60,574 bases of DNA. Source: Planctomycetota bacterium (GTDB lineage Bacteria > Planctomycetota > SZUA-567 > H5-PLA8). The DNA lies in assembly GCA_038227875.1 (NCBI GenBank), contig JBBRPR010000053.1:1-60574 (forward strand), written 5' to 3'. This document shows, piece after piece, positions 41,565 to 51,403 of the stretch (position 1 is its first letter; each line of letters opens with the position of its first letter). Under the pieces are notes generated by a model. That model ran no database searches. It was not told where the DNA came from and saw nothing but the letters and a program-made list of their open reading frames with translations. The position numbers and the translations under genes are program-made.

Positions 41565-41772
41565 TTTAATGCTCAATTTGTCTACCGAAGCCGACGTGAG
41601 AAGTTGAGCATTCACGAAGCGTGGTCATTCGAGTGGATTCACCACCGGGCGACTCACAACGGCCCATCACGCTATGCGGTTGTCATAGAGCGAGAATACG
41701 ACATCTCTTAATAATAGACCGTGGAATTGGAGAAGTCAATTTATTTAATACATAAATTTTAAAATTCGGTAT

Positions 41773-42798
41773 TCAACGAAGCCAGAGCATGCACAACGCC
41801 AGTCGGATCCACGTGCGCGCGCCGGGATCGGCGATTTCGAGGCGGAAACCGTCCTCTTTGTGCAGGACGCCCGTCGCCACGCAATTGCTTTCATCGTCGC
41901 CGGGCGCAGGCGGCGCTCCACGGTAAAATGTGTACGTATATTGTGTCGCGTCCATGTCCTCGCAGACCACCCGCGCCGACCAGCGTTGGCCCGACGGATC
42001 GGTCCATTGCATCTCTGCATTGCTGCCGACGAAGGAGCGCTTCTTTTTGATCGGTTCAACAAATTCCTCCGATAGACCTTCGCCGCGGGGCCGGACGTCG
42101 ACCTCATCCTTTCCCATGACTTGTGCCTGCATATACCAATCCGCATTCGCCTCGCCTGGAGTTCCGGAGATGAGTGCGAAGGTCTGGCGGATGAATCCCC
42201 ACGTAACCGCAAATCCACCCGCGGAGGCTCCATCCGCACCCGTGAAGGTGTACGTTTTAGTGAAAAACGTTTGTTCGGTATTCATCGACCACGCGTCGCC
42301 CTTGGCGAACGCCGCTGCTTTGGCGAGCGCTTGGGGATTCTCCAGATCGATGCCCGCTGAAACGCCGTAGCGCTGCGTGCATTCGTCGATCGTGCCTTGC
42401 GCGTCCTTGAACAATTTGTATTTCGTCGGGAATTCGACCGTCTCGCCGTTCTTGAGTTCCAGCGAGACCGAGTATGTGCCGCCTCCCTCACCCAGCACGA
42501 ATTTGTTGAGGTCCGACCGCTCATATTCGTTCATCCGTTGCACGATCCAGAACGACCTGCGCCAGATTTTAATGCGGTCTTCGCACAGTTCGACATTGGA
42601 CGCGCCAAACTGATTCCACAGCAACGACAGACCCATGACGCCAAGAAATATCGGGAATTCGCAATCGCTCGCCCGATTCGTGGCAAACGAGACACTAAAA
42701 AAATGGAGACTCATTACCAGCAGCCCGGCACCGCCGAGAAAAAACGCTATCGGTAACACCATTGATGGTCGCGGCTTTGAAAGGGTTGTTTCAGGCAT
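41773..42798 (-). CDS. Hypothetical membrane protein (two N-terminal TM helices, soluble beta-rich domains)
   Basis: 341-aa ORF with plausible composition; no recognisable motif. Confidence 0.65.
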   Translation of the reverse strand: MPETTLSKPRPSMVLPIAFFLGGAGLLVMSLHFFSVSFATNRASDCEFPIFLGVMGLSLLWNQFGASNVELCEDRIKIWRRSFWIVQRMNEYERSDLNKFVLGEGGGTYSVSLELKNGETVEFPTKYKLFKDAQGTIDECTQRYGVSAGIDLENPQALAKAAAFAKGDAWSMNTEQTFFTKTYTFTGADGASAGGFAVTWGFIRQTFALISGTPGEANADWYMQAQVMGKDEVDVRPRGEGLSEEFVEPIKKKRSFVGSNAEMQWTDPSGQRWSARVVCEDMDATQYTYTFYRGAPPAPGDDESNCVATGVLHKEDGFRLEIADPGARTWIRLALCMLWLR

Positions 42799-43210
42799 GA
42801 TAAATAGAGTTCCGTTCTAAAAAAGATACTCGTCCCGCGGCGACTCTGCCGATTCCTGTTCGCTCTTGCTGACCGAGCCTTCCACCGATAGCGCCGCGGA
42901 ATGCACCATGCGGCGGCGGGTTGTAGAATCGAGAAGACTACCGATTTTCACTTTCCGCCGCGAGTCCTTCGCGTCCGCGGCGAGTGTCGCGACGGCGCTG
43001 CGTTCGGTGTAGTAAACGTCATTCGCTGTGGAGGTGATTTTCCAGAGCGACGCGATTCCACTGACCGAGACCACCTCCGCGATCCCGATCGTGTCGTAGT
43101 CGAGTCCTGTTGGGATTTCGGATCGGGTTTCATATTCCGGGTCTCGAACTTTTAGTTCATAGGGTGCCGATGGCGCTCTTTCAGAGCTTCGGCGATACGG
43201 GCGTATTTTT

Positions 43211-43541
43211 CCAGGGGCGTTGCCCCTGGCTGTCACAGCCGACCGCTGCGGGGTAGGAGCATTGCCGCCATTGTAACATTCAAACTCGGGTCCCGAAGGG
43301 ACAATGGAGCTTAGCCGGGGGCCGGCCCGAAGTGTCGCGCCCCCGGACTGATTCCCATAGGTACTCGCACCCTGAAGGGGTGCTGGAATGACGTCAGATT
43401 AACTGAGTGTTCCCGCGCCTTTTTTCAGGTGACCGTTCATTCCGGCGCCCTGTCAGGGCGCTGAGCGCCTAATTGAAATTCATTCCGGGGGCTCGACCTT
43501 TCAGGCCGGCCCCCGGCTAAGCTCCGTTGTCCCTCTGGGAC
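43211..43541. repeat. REP/REPIN- or MITE-like nested palindromic element
   Basis: 58-bp arms at 43290-43347 and 43484-43541 are near-perfect inverted repeats; inner 25-bp arms at 43367-43391 and 43437-43461; extra hairpin CCAGGGGCGTTGCCCCTGG at 43211-43229. Confidence 0.8.
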
Positions 43542-43713
43542 AAGAGACGGAATGCCAACCTCGACTCCAACCGGGCCGCTCGTCAGCGAAGATCGAAGCC
43601 ACGGTAGGAACATGATTGAATACGCGTCTGAAAAAGAGTTTCATGACGTCGTGAAATTGATGCGCCTGACAATTCGGAAAAAGCGGAGTTCTCGGATCAC
43701 TGCATAACACGAC

Positions 43714-43743
43714 GCGAAACCGCCCCTTTCGGGGCGGCTTCGC
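43714..43743 (-). terminator. Strong hairpin, probable terminator of the small Zn-finger gene
   Basis: Minus strand GCGAAGCCGCCCC-GAAA-GGGGCGGTTTCGC, about 38 nt after the stop; weak U tract. Confidence 0.55.
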
Positions 43744-43780
43744 TCAATCTAAATTCGCATGGTTTTCCTGCGGAACAACG

Positions 43781-44032
43781 TTACGCCTGCGCTGCGTCGC
43801 TCGCGGTGGTTTCCGGCGGAGCTTCGGGGGCGGCGGGTGCGTTCTTCGGAGCCTTCGGGGCCTTGGCGGCCTTTGGAGCCTTGGGTTCCTTCGGCACCTT
43901 TACCTTCGGCTGCTTGCAGTACGTGCAGTAATACTTGTTGATCCCGTGCACGCACACGGTAATGTTCGAGCGCTTACCCAGGGCCTTTTGGATCAAGGCT
44001 TCGCGTAGCTCTTCCAATGTTTTGTTAGCGAT
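43781..44032 (-). CDS. Small C-x-H-x6-C-x2-C zinc-finger protein with Lys/Ala/Pro tail, probable AUC start
   Basis: CVHGINKYYCTYCK then PKAPKAAKAPK; perfect AAGGAGG 7 nt before an in-frame ATC (44032); the track's TTG start (44017) is 22 nt from the SD. Confidence 0.7.
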   Translation of the reverse strand: MANKTLEELREALIQKALGKRSNITVCVHGINKYYCTYCKQPKVKVPKEPKAPKAAKAPKAPKNAPAAPEAPPETTASDAAQA

Positions 44033-44248
44033 GGTGAGACCTCCTTAAATGGACCCCGCGCTGTGCGGTTCGCGCAACTGCGCTGACCGTACAAATCTAA
44101 ACCCGATCGAGGCATAAGCCAACACTTTCCCATTTCCCGTTCATTTTGATGAATATTCCCACTTCTGCGACACCCTCCCGTTTTCGCGTTGCGCGGCGCC
44201 TCCACATCGTCTATCGAGAGTCGTTCATTTACTTTGCGAGGACCAGAC

Positions 44249-44815
44249 ATGGCTTACCGGCTCACCAAAATTTACACGCGCACCGGCGACGACGGCTCGA
44301 CGGGCCTCGGCGGCGGGCAGCGCGTACCGAAGGATTCCGCGCGCATCGAAGCGTACGGCACGGTCGATGAACTCAACAGTTTCATCGGCGTCGCGATCGC
44401 GGTGGGGATCGATCCGGAACTGAGCGCGATGTTCTCGGTCATTCAGAACGATCTGTTTCACGTCGGCAGCAACCTTTGTGTGCTCGACGAAGACCAGAAG
44501 AAATTCAAGATGCTGACCATCGAAGCGCGGCACATCAAGCAGCTGGAGAAATACATCGACAAGCTGCAGTTGTCGTTGAAGCCGCTGGAGAACTTCATCC
44601 TGCCCGGCGGCAGCATCGGGTCGGCGGAACTGCATGTCTGCCGCTGCGTCTGCCGGCGCGCGGAGCGTGAAATTCTGCGGCTCAAACGGACGGAGCGGAT
44701 CAACGATTTCGTATTGAAGTACATCAACCGGCTCAGCGATCTGCTCTTCGTCATGGCGCGCTACGAGAACCTGAAGAAGAACGTGAAAGAACCGCTCTGG
44801 AACCAGGCGAAGTAG
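44249..44815 (+). CDS. pduO: PduO-type ATP:cob(I)alamin adenosyltransferase
   Basis: KIYTRTGDDGST, YGTVDELNS, FILPGG, RRAER, YINRLSDLLFVMAR. Confidence 0.93.
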   Translation: MAYRLTKIYTRTGDDGSTGLGGGQRVPKDSARIEAYGTVDELNSFIGVAIAVGIDPELSAMFSVIQNDLFHVGSNLCVLDEDQKKFKMLTIEARHIKQLEKYIDKLQLSLKPLENFILPGGSIGSAELHVCRCVCRRAEREILRLKRTERINDFVLKYINRLSDLLFVMARYENLKKNVKEPLWNQAK

Positions 44816-44897
44816 CCGCAGCGCACTGGTGCGAAAAATTCCGCAAGAAAGTTGGCCCCAAACCATTCCATTCCGGGACACTCAGGTAGAAGATGAC

Positions 44898-44923
44898 ACC
44901 CTGTAACGAATTCGTTACAGGGT
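44898..44923. promoter_or_regulatory. Perfect 26-bp palindrome immediately upstream of the ECF sigma gene
   Basis: ACCCTGTAACGAATTCGTTACAGGGT equals its own reverse complement. Confidence 0.55.
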
Positions 44924-44945
44924 TCAATTTCGAAACCTCGCGTGG

Positions 44946-45527
44946 ATGAGCGGAATGGGACTGACCACATCGGCACACCAGATCCTGCGCGGTACTGACG
45001 CGATTCCCGAGGCGTTCTGGGAGTTGGCCGACCGTTACCGCGACGCGTTGGTGGAGCAGGCGTTGCGCATCGTCCATTCGCGCGCGGATGCCGAAGACGT
45101 CGTGCAGGAAACGTTCCGCGAGGCGTTTGCGCAGGGCGGCGCGCTGCCGGGCGTGCGTTCGCTGGGCGCGTGGCTGAAGACGGTCAACCGCGCCAATGCG
45201 CTCAACAGGCTGCGGACGAAAAAGCAGGACGCGCAGCTGTCCAGGAAAGGTGCGAAACTCGGACGGCCCCGCGCCACGACCGGCGGCTTCACCGCGCTGG
45301 AATTGCGCGACCAACTGGCGCAGGCGATGCGCGCGCTTCCGGCCGAACAGCAGGCGGCGGTGAAGCTGCATTTTTACGAACACCTCCCGACCGACGAAAT
45401 TTCGAAGCGGCTGAAATTGTCCGTGCGTTCCGTGCGCCGCCTGCTCTTCGATGCCTCGATGCGGCTGCACGCGACGCTGAAACCGACGCACCCCACTCCT
45501 CCCTGCGACGGGGAGGCGCCGCGATGA
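44946..45527 (+). CDS. ECF RNA polymerase sigma factor
   Basis: Region 2 DAEDVVQETF..WLKTVNRANALN; region 4 LPAEQQAAVKL..EISKRL..SVRSVRRLL. Confidence 0.9.
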   Translation: MSGMGLTTSAHQILRGTDAIPEAFWELADRYRDALVEQALRIVHSRADAEDVVQETFREAFAQGGALPGVRSLGAWLKTVNRANALNRLRTKKQDAQLSRKGAKLGRPRATTGGFTALELRDQLAQAMRALPAEQQAAVKLHFYEHLPTDEISKRLKLSVRSVRRLLFDASMRLHATLKPTHPTPPCDGEAPR

Positions 45528-46804
45528 AAATTCCCTCCTGCAAAAAAGTGGCGGAGCTGAGCTGCGATTTCGTCGACGGCGCGCTGCCGGCCAAAAAGCA
45601 GTTCCGCGTGGACGCGCACCTGCAGACGTGCGCGGCGTGCCGAGCGGCCGTGGAGCGCGTGCGCGAAGTCCGCGCCATGTTTCAATTGAGCGAAGTACAG
45701 CCACCGGTGCTGCGCGTGCCGAAGCTCGTCAGAGCCACGGTCGCTGCGGAAAAAGTGCCGCCAATTCCGCAGCGTGAGCGGCGCGAGAGCCGTCTGCCGT
45801 GGCTGGCGTCGCTGGCGTTCCATGCGCTGGTCGTGGCGCTCGCGGCACTCGTCTCATTCAGCTTCGACAACAGCAATTCGGGAAACGCGATGGGCCTGAG
45901 CTTCGGCGAAGGCCAGTGCGCCCTCGAGAACGGCAACGTCAATCCAGGCGCTGGCGGCCTGCAGGCGCGGTTTCCGGCGGGACGACACGCGGTCAACGAT
46001 TCGCTCAACTCGGCAGCCGTGGAGCGCTCCGTCCGCGCGGCCCTGGCATATCTGGCGCGCGAACAGCAGCACGACGGCGGGTGGGACGCGAAAACCGGCT
46101 GCCGCGTTCAGGACACGGCGCTGGCGGTGCTCGCCTGCAACCGCGCCGGCGCGCACTACCATTCCGCCTTCCAATCCGCCGACCTGCAGCGCGGCATCGC
46201 GTGGCTGATCCTGCATTGTCACGACACGCGCGACCCCAGCGATCCGGCAATCGTAGCCTTGGCGCTGAGCGACGCGCTGCGCACGCACGATTCCGTTGAA
46301 CTGCGCACAGCGGCGCAGGAATGCGTCGCGAAGCTCGGCGCTGCCGACACGCGCGACCCCACCGTCCGCGGCTGGACGGTGCTGGCGCTGAAAAGCGCCG
46401 AGGACGCGGGGCTCACCGTGCCGCGCGTGAACTTCGCGCAGATGGCGGCGACCTCCCAGCTCAACGCGGCGGCCCTGTTGCTCCAGCGCCGCGTGCTCGA
46501 GGATGGCGCAGCGGCCCCCGCGCTAGCATTGCACGCGCCGGATTGGGGATCGACGGTCGAAGAGAAGTCACCCGATTTTCAGAGTCTCGATGGCTGGTAC
46601 TTCGGAAGTTTGAGTCTGCGCAAGTCCGATGGCATCAACTGGAAGAGCTGGAATTCGACGCTCGCCCGCACCTTGATCCCGCACCAGCGGCAGGACAATT
46701 TTCTCGGCGGCACGTGGGACGCCGGCCCGGGCTGGGATGCGAATAGCATTCACTGCGCGGCGGTCGGCGCGTTGTGTCTCGGGACGCTGGTGGATGCGAA
46801 GTAG
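45524..46804 (+). CDS. Zinc-binding anti-sigma factor (zf-HC2) with TM and prenyltransferase/squalene-cyclase-like alpha barrel
   Basis: HLQTCAAC; TM WLASLAFHALVV; ALAYLAREQQHDGGW and LIPHQRQD..GGTWD QW-like repeats; ATGA overlap with sigma. Confidence 0.8.
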   Translation: MKIPSCKKVAELSCDFVDGALPAKKQFRVDAHLQTCAACRAAVERVREVRAMFQLSEVQPPVLRVPKLVRATVAAEKVPPIPQRERRESRLPWLASLAFHALVVALAALVSFSFDNSNSGNAMGLSFGEGQCALENGNVNPGAGGLQARFPAGRHAVNDSLNSAAVERSVRAALAYLAREQQHDGGWDAKTGCRVQDTALAVLACNRAGAHYHSAFQSADLQRGIAWLILHCHDTRDPSDPAIVALALSDALRTHDSVELRTAAQECVAKLGAADTRDPTVRGWTVLALKSAEDAGLTVPRVNFAQMAATSQLNAAALLLQRRVLEDGAAAPALALHAPDWGSTVEEKSPDFQSLDGWYFGSLSLRKSDGINWKSWNSTLARTLIPHQRQDNFLGGTWDAGPGWDANSIHCAAVGALCLGTLVDAK

Positions 46805-46822
46805 AGCTTGCGTTTCAGAACT

Positions 46823-48382
46823 TCATTTCGAAATCGCGTAGAGGTGCGTGTTCGTAGCGACGTAGAGCACGCCGTTGGCGACCACGGCGGTGGCGTGGAC
46901 CGGCGTGCGCAGGGGGATCGTCGCCAGCACTTTCTTTTCGCGGCCGGCGGCGAGGATGAAAAACTCCCCGCCGTCGCGGGTGCCAATGAAGATTTTCCCA
47001 TCGGCCAGCAGCGGCGAACTGCAGACGTTGCCTTTCATGTGGTGCGTCCAGACGGTCTGGCCGGTTTCGGCATCGAGACAATTGAGCGTGCCGAACTGGT
47101 CGGCGATGTAGACCAGTCCGTCCGCAACCGCCGCGGTGCCGTTGGTCCGCGCGACGGATTTGTTCTCCCAGACTTTTCCTGAATCGCCGACGTCGCCGCG
47201 TTTGGTGGTGTCGATGCAGCTGAAGCAGCCATTGCTTCCCGCGTGCGTCCAGTCCTGGCCGAGCCCGACGAAAATGCGATTCTTGTAGAAGACCGGCGTG
47301 CCGACGATCTCACTGGGGCCGACGCCGCTGGTGTACGGAATCGGTTTGCCGTCCTTCGTGCGGTACTCCGGCGGATTGCAGTCGTACCACCAGATCTTCT
47401 GCAGCGTCTTCTGATTGTGCCCGGGCAGCAGCGCGGGCGTGGCCTCAAAACCGTAGCAGAAGCCATCGCCGGCGGCGTAGACCAGTTGCTCCTTGCCGTT
47501 CACGCGCGCGAAAGTCGGCGACGAATATTGCCCGTGGTTAAGCACGGTGGAAATGCGTTCGTCGTCAGTGGCGACCAGCGCGCCGGTTTTCTTATCGAGC
47601 ACGATCAGCGCCGGAGAAAGTTCCGAGTGCGCTTTCTTCCCCTCGGCGTCGGCGGCGTTGCAGGTCGCAATGTAGAGCAGATCGCCGTGCACCAGCACGC
47701 AGGAATTACACGAGATGTGCGGCCGCACGCGCAGTTCCGTCAGCATGTCGTAGCGCCAGACGATGTCGGCGCTCTCCGCCAGGTCGTTGCTCACCGGCGT
47801 GAAATTCGATTCGCCGCCCTGGTATTCGGCTTCGTCTTTCACCGGGCCGTCGTTGCCGTTGCGCTGTCCGTCGACGTCCAGGCAGAGCACTTCGCCGCGA
47901 TTGCTGACGATAAACGCGCGGTTGCCGTCGAACGTGGCCGAGGACGCGACGCCGATATTCAAGTCGTCGCTGCCCATCAGGTCCTTGCGCCACGGCACGA
48001 TCAGCCGCCAGAGCCGTTTGCCGGTGGCGGCGTCGAAGCAGAAGATCAGTCCGTTGTAGCGATGTTTCGCGTCCCCGGCGCGGAGCGCGTCGCAATCGCT
48101 GGAACCGATGATGACTTTGCCGTTGGCAACGACCGGCGAACTAAAGGTCATCGTGCCGAGTTTCGCAACCCAGCGCACATTCTGCGTCGTCGCCGGATCG
48201 ATCTCGTCGCTGCCGGCGAGTTTCTTGCCGAGGTCGAACGTTTCCGGCAATCCGTGCTCGGTGGAAACCATGTTGTGCTCGTCGCTGCCGCCGAACTGCG
48301 GCCAATCGCCGGCGAACGCCGGAGCGGCCAGCGCGAGTGCGGCGAGAAGAAGGAGCGTGCGGCGGAGCATGGTTTTTCTCAC
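46823..48382 (-). CDS. Secreted PQQ-type (BamB-like) beta-propeller protein
   Basis: Signal peptide, DWPQFGG, repeated SSP..DG..CLDA.TG..W blades. Confidence 0.85.
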   Translation of the reverse strand: MRKTMLRRTLLLLAALALAAPAFAGDWPQFGGSDEHNMVSTEHGLPETFDLGKKLAGSDEIDPATTQNVRWVAKLGTMTFSSPVVANGKVIIGSSDCDALRAGDAKHRYNGLIFCFDAATGKRLWRLIVPWRKDLMGSDDLNIGVASSATFDGNRAFIVSNRGEVLCLDVDGQRNGNDGPVKDEAEYQGGESNFTPVSNDLAESADIVWRYDMLTELRVRPHISCNSCVLVHGDLLYIATCNAADAEGKKAHSELSPALIVLDKKTGALVATDDERISTVLNHGQYSSPTFARVNGKEQLVYAAGDGFCYGFEATPALLPGHNQKTLQKIWWYDCNPPEYRTKDGKPIPYTSGVGPSEIVGTPVFYKNRIFVGLGQDWTHAGSNGCFSCIDTTKRGDVGDSGKVWENKSVARTNGTAAVADGLVYIADQFGTLNCLDAETGQTVWTHHMKGNVCSSPLLADGKIFIGTRDGGEFFILAAGREKKVLATIPLRTPVHATAVVANGVLYVATNTHLYAISK

Positions 48383-48858
48383 GACTGCGTTTTCGATCCG
48401 ACGGCCTTCTCCCAGAATTCGATCGAGCCGAAGAGGGGGATGTTCGACGCCAGCGCGACGTTCTTCGCTTCATTTTTGAAGGCCGTCGCCGCGTCGGTGC
48501 CTTTCAATAGCGCGAGGCAGCGGACGATGCGGGTGATGCGCAGCAGGTTGTGATCGTAGGGCATCGCCCACGACGGCGCTTTCGAGGTCGCGTAGGCGCC
48601 GAGCTTGTAAAATTTGCGGAAGCGCTCGATGGACTGATCCAGGCGAGCCTGCAATTCCGGATCCTGGAATGCTTGGATGTCGGCGGCGCTCAGCACCGGC
48701 GCGTCGGGGTTGAAGCGGCTGCGTTCATCGGTTGGGAAAAGCCACTGGATGAAGTCGTGGATCGCTTCGAGGTCGTCGTCGCTCCACCTAACGACATCCT
48801 TCCAGATATAGCCGGAGAGATTGGGCTCATCGCGGTAGAACTTGATGATCTCGCTCAT
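48379..48858 (-). CDS. Opioid growth factor receptor (OGFr) conserved-domain protein
   Basis: LEAIHDFIQWLFP..S.FNPDAP..DHNLLRITRIVRCL motifs; ATG 48858 with GGAGG RBS. Confidence 0.82.
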   Translation of the reverse strand: MSEIIKFYRDEPNLSGYIWKDVVRWSDDDLEAIHDFIQWLFPTDERSRFNPDAPVLSAADIQAFQDPELQARLDQSIERFRKFYKLGAYATSKAPSWAMPYDHNLLRITRIVRCLALLKGTDAATAFKNEAKNVALASNIPLFGSIEFWEKAVGSKTQS

Positions 48859-48945
48859 AATGTAGCGCCCTCCAGAGACCTCAAGTTTACTCCCGCCCCG
48901 GGACCCGTACACTCGGGAAACATTTCAAATACGTGCCGTCCGGAA

Positions 48946-48984
48946 TTGACAAAGCGCAATCTTAGTGTAGTATAAACACCAAGA
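48946..48984 (+). promoter_or_regulatory. Sigma70 promoter overlapped by an NrtR-type operator
   Basis: -35 TTGACA at 48946-48951, -10-like TAGTAT at 48968-48973; inverted repeat TCTTAGTGT-N7-ACACCAAGA (GT-N7-AC core) at 48960-48984, upstream of NAD salvage genes. Confidence 0.75.
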
Positions 48985-49002
48985 AGCAACGGAGGTTCAA
49001 CC

Positions 49003-50454
49003 ATGAGTCCTTCCCTGGCGCTACTGACCGACCTTTACCAGCTCACCATGGCCTACGGCTACTGGAAGCTGGGATCCGCAAAGCGCGAGTCGGTTTTTCA
49101 CCTGTTCTTCCGCAACAACCCCTTTAAAGGCGGCTTCACCGTCGCGTGCGGATTGCAACCGGCGATCGACTATCTCAAGGCGCTCCGTTTTGAGGCCGAC
49201 GATCTCGCGTACCTCGCGACGCTGACGGGCAACGATGGCAAGCCGCTGTTCGAGGCGGGATTTCTCGAATACCTCGGGGCGCTCCAGTTCTCCTGCGACA
49301 TCGATGCGATTCCCGAAGGCACGGTGGTCTTTCCCCACGAGCCGCTGCTGCGCATCAAAGGACCGATGCTGCAGTGCCAGATTCTCGAGACGCCGCTGCT
49401 GAACATCCTGAATTTCCAGACGCTGATCGCGACCAAGGCCGCCCGTGTCTGTATGGCGGCGAAGGGCGAACCGGTGATCGAATTTGGCCTGCGCCGCGCG
49501 CAGGGCATCGATGGCGCGATGGCCGCCAGCCGCGCGGCCTACGCCGGCGGGTGCACAGCGACGTCGAATGTGCTCGCCGGAAAAACGTACGGCATCCCCG
49601 TGAAGGGCACGCACGCGCACAGTTGGGTGATGTCTTTCGACGACGAGCTGGAATCGTTCCGCGCGTACGCCAGCGTGATGCCGAACAACTGCGTTTTTCT
49701 GGTCGACACCTACGACACGCTGAAGGGCGTCCAGCACGCTTGCGTGGTCGGCAAGGAACTGCGCCGCGCGGGCCACGAGATGGTGGGCATTCGTCTGGAC
49801 TCCGGCGACTTGAGTTACTTGAGCATCGAGGCGCGCAAGATTCTCGACGCGAATGGATTCCCCAAGGCAGCGATCGTGGCCTCCAACGACCTCGACGAAG
49901 GCATCATCGGCAGCCTGAAAGAACAGGGCGCGCAGATCGACACGTGGGGCGTCGGCACGAAGCTGGTCACGGGTTACGATCAGCCGGCGCTGGGCGGAGT
50001 GTACAAGCTCGCGGCCGTGCGCGAAGCGGACGGGAAGTGGCTCTATAAGGTGAAGCTCTCCGAGCAGGCGATCAAGACGTCGACGCCGGGACTGCTCCAG
50101 GTCCGGCGCTTCACGGTCGAGAATCAGTTTGGCGAGGACATGGTTTACAATCTCGAGCAGCCGCCGGACGCCACGCCGGTGATCGTCGATCCACTCGACC
50201 CGACGCGCCGGCGGTCGGTACCCGCCAGCGCGACGCACGAAGACCTGCTGGTGCCGGTCTTTCGCGGTGGAAAATGCATCTACGGGCCGGTGCCGATGGA
50301 CCAGATTCGCACGCGAAGCCGCGAACAGCTCGCGCGCTTCCACGCGGGGATCAAACGCTTCGTCAATCCGCATCAGTACCCCGTGGGACTGGAGAAAAAG
50401 CTTCACGAGCTGAAGACCGAACTGATCCTCAAGGCACGGAGGGCGCCACTGTGA
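49003..50454 (+). CDS. pncB: Nicotinate phosphoribosyltransferase
   Basis: [52 protein letters not shown]. Confidence 0.95.
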   Translation: MSPSLALLTDLYQLTMAYGYWKLGSAKRESVFHLFFRNNPFKGGFTVACGLQPAIDYLKALRFEADDLAYLATLTGNDGKPLFEAGFLEYLGALQFSCDIDAIPEGTVVFPHEPLLRIKGPMLQCQILETPLLNILNFQTLIATKAARVCMAAKGEPVIEFGLRRAQGIDGAMAASRAAYAGGCTATSNVLAGKTYGIPVKGTHAHSWVMSFDDELESFRAYASVMPNNCVFLVDTYDTLKGVQHACVVGKELRRAGHEMVGIRLDSGDLSYLSIEARKILDANGFPKAAIVASNDLDEGIIGSLKEQGAQIDTWGVGTKLVTGYDQPALGGVYKLAAVREADGKWLYKVKLSEQAIKTSTPGLLQVRRFTVENQFGEDMVYNLEQPPDATPVIVDPLDPTRRRSVPASATHEDLLVPVFRGGKCIYGPVPMDQIRTRSREQLARFHAGIKRFVNPHQYPVGLEKKLHELKTELILKARRAPL

Positions 50455-51362
50455 TTCAGGATGCGATGCTGTTCTCGACGCGTTCATACGCGTACCTCCG
50501 CGATGCCATGGCCGCCGGACACGGCAACGAACGGGGCGAGGTCGAGGTTCAGATTTTCCCCGACGGCGAGCGCTACCAGCGCATCGTCAGCGCCGTCGAA
50601 GATCGCCACGTCGCGCTGATTGGCGGAACGATCTCCGATGCCGACACGCTGGAGTTGTACGACCTCGCCAGCGGCCTGGTGCAGTGCGGCGCGCGCAGTT
50701 TGACGCTGGTGATTCCGTACTTCGGATACTCGACCATGGAGCGGCCGGTGAAGGGCGGCGACGTGGTCACGGCCAAGGCGCGCACGCGGCTGCTCTCCTC
50801 GATCCCGAGCGCCATCGAAGGCAATCGCGTGATGCTCGTCGACCTGCATTCCGAGGGCATTCCCTACTACTTTGAAGGCGGGATTCATCCCGTTCATGTT
50901 TACGCCAAGCCGGTGATCGTCGCGGCCGCGCGCCGGTTGCGCGGCAACGACTTTGTGCTCGCGTGCACCGATGCCGGGCGCGCCAAGTGGGTCGAATCGC
51001 TGGCCAACGCGCTGAACGTTTCCGCGTCGTTCGTCTTCAAGCGCCGCCTGGATGGCGTGAAGACCGAAGTGACGACCGTCAGCGCGCAGGTTTCCGGGCG
51101 GCACGTGATCATTTACGACGACATGATCCGCACTGGCAGTTCGCTGATGAACGCCGCGAAAGCGTACCGCGCGGCTGGAGCGATCAGCGTCGCCGCGATT
51201 ACCACTCATGGAATTTTCCCCGGCTCGGCGCTCGAAAAACTGCGCGAGAGCAAGCTTTTTGAAACCATCGTCTGCACCAACACCCACCCGCGCGCGATGG
51301 AATTGAAAAGCGACTTTCTGCAGGTCGAATCGGTCGCTCATCTCTTCTTCGATGCGGAGTAA
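50451..51362 (+). CDS. prs: Ribose-phosphate pyrophosphokinase family protein
   Basis: [38 protein letters not shown] overlap with the pncB stop. Confidence 0.88.
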   Translation: MIQDAMLFSTRSYAYLRDAMAAGHGNERGEVEVQIFPDGERYQRIVSAVEDRHVALIGGTISDADTLELYDLASGLVQCGARSLTLVIPYFGYSTMERPVKGGDVVTAKARTRLLSSIPSAIEGNRVMLVDLHSEGIPYYFEGGIHPVHVYAKPVIVAAARRLRGNDFVLACTDAGRAKWVESLANALNVSASFVFKRRLDGVKTEVTTVSAQVSGRHVIIYDDMIRTGSSLMNAAKAYRAAGAISVAAITTHGIFPGSALEKLRESKLFETIVCTNTHPRAMELKSDFLQVESVAHLFFDAE

Positions 51363-51403
51363 GTTTCGAAGCCAGTTAAGTCCCTCAAGTCTGGAGGTGC
51401 CCT

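Noticed and set aside
41511..41711. 66-aa ORF as a toxin-antitoxin remnant under the 20-bp palindrome
   Set aside because: No RBS and no recognisable toxin motif; the start lies inside a repeat unit
42817..43236. 139-aa ORF as a real gene
   Set aside because: Its start lies within a REP hairpin and no motif is recognisable; it may be a decayed fragment but cannot be supported
44050..44248. Cobalamin riboswitch upstream of pduO
   Set aside because: No B12-box or GGGAA/GCCACTG core elements visible
45170..45523. N-terminal extension of the anti-sigma ORF
   Set aside because: Overlaps the sigma gene; ATG 45524 with GGAGG and ATGA coupling is the better start
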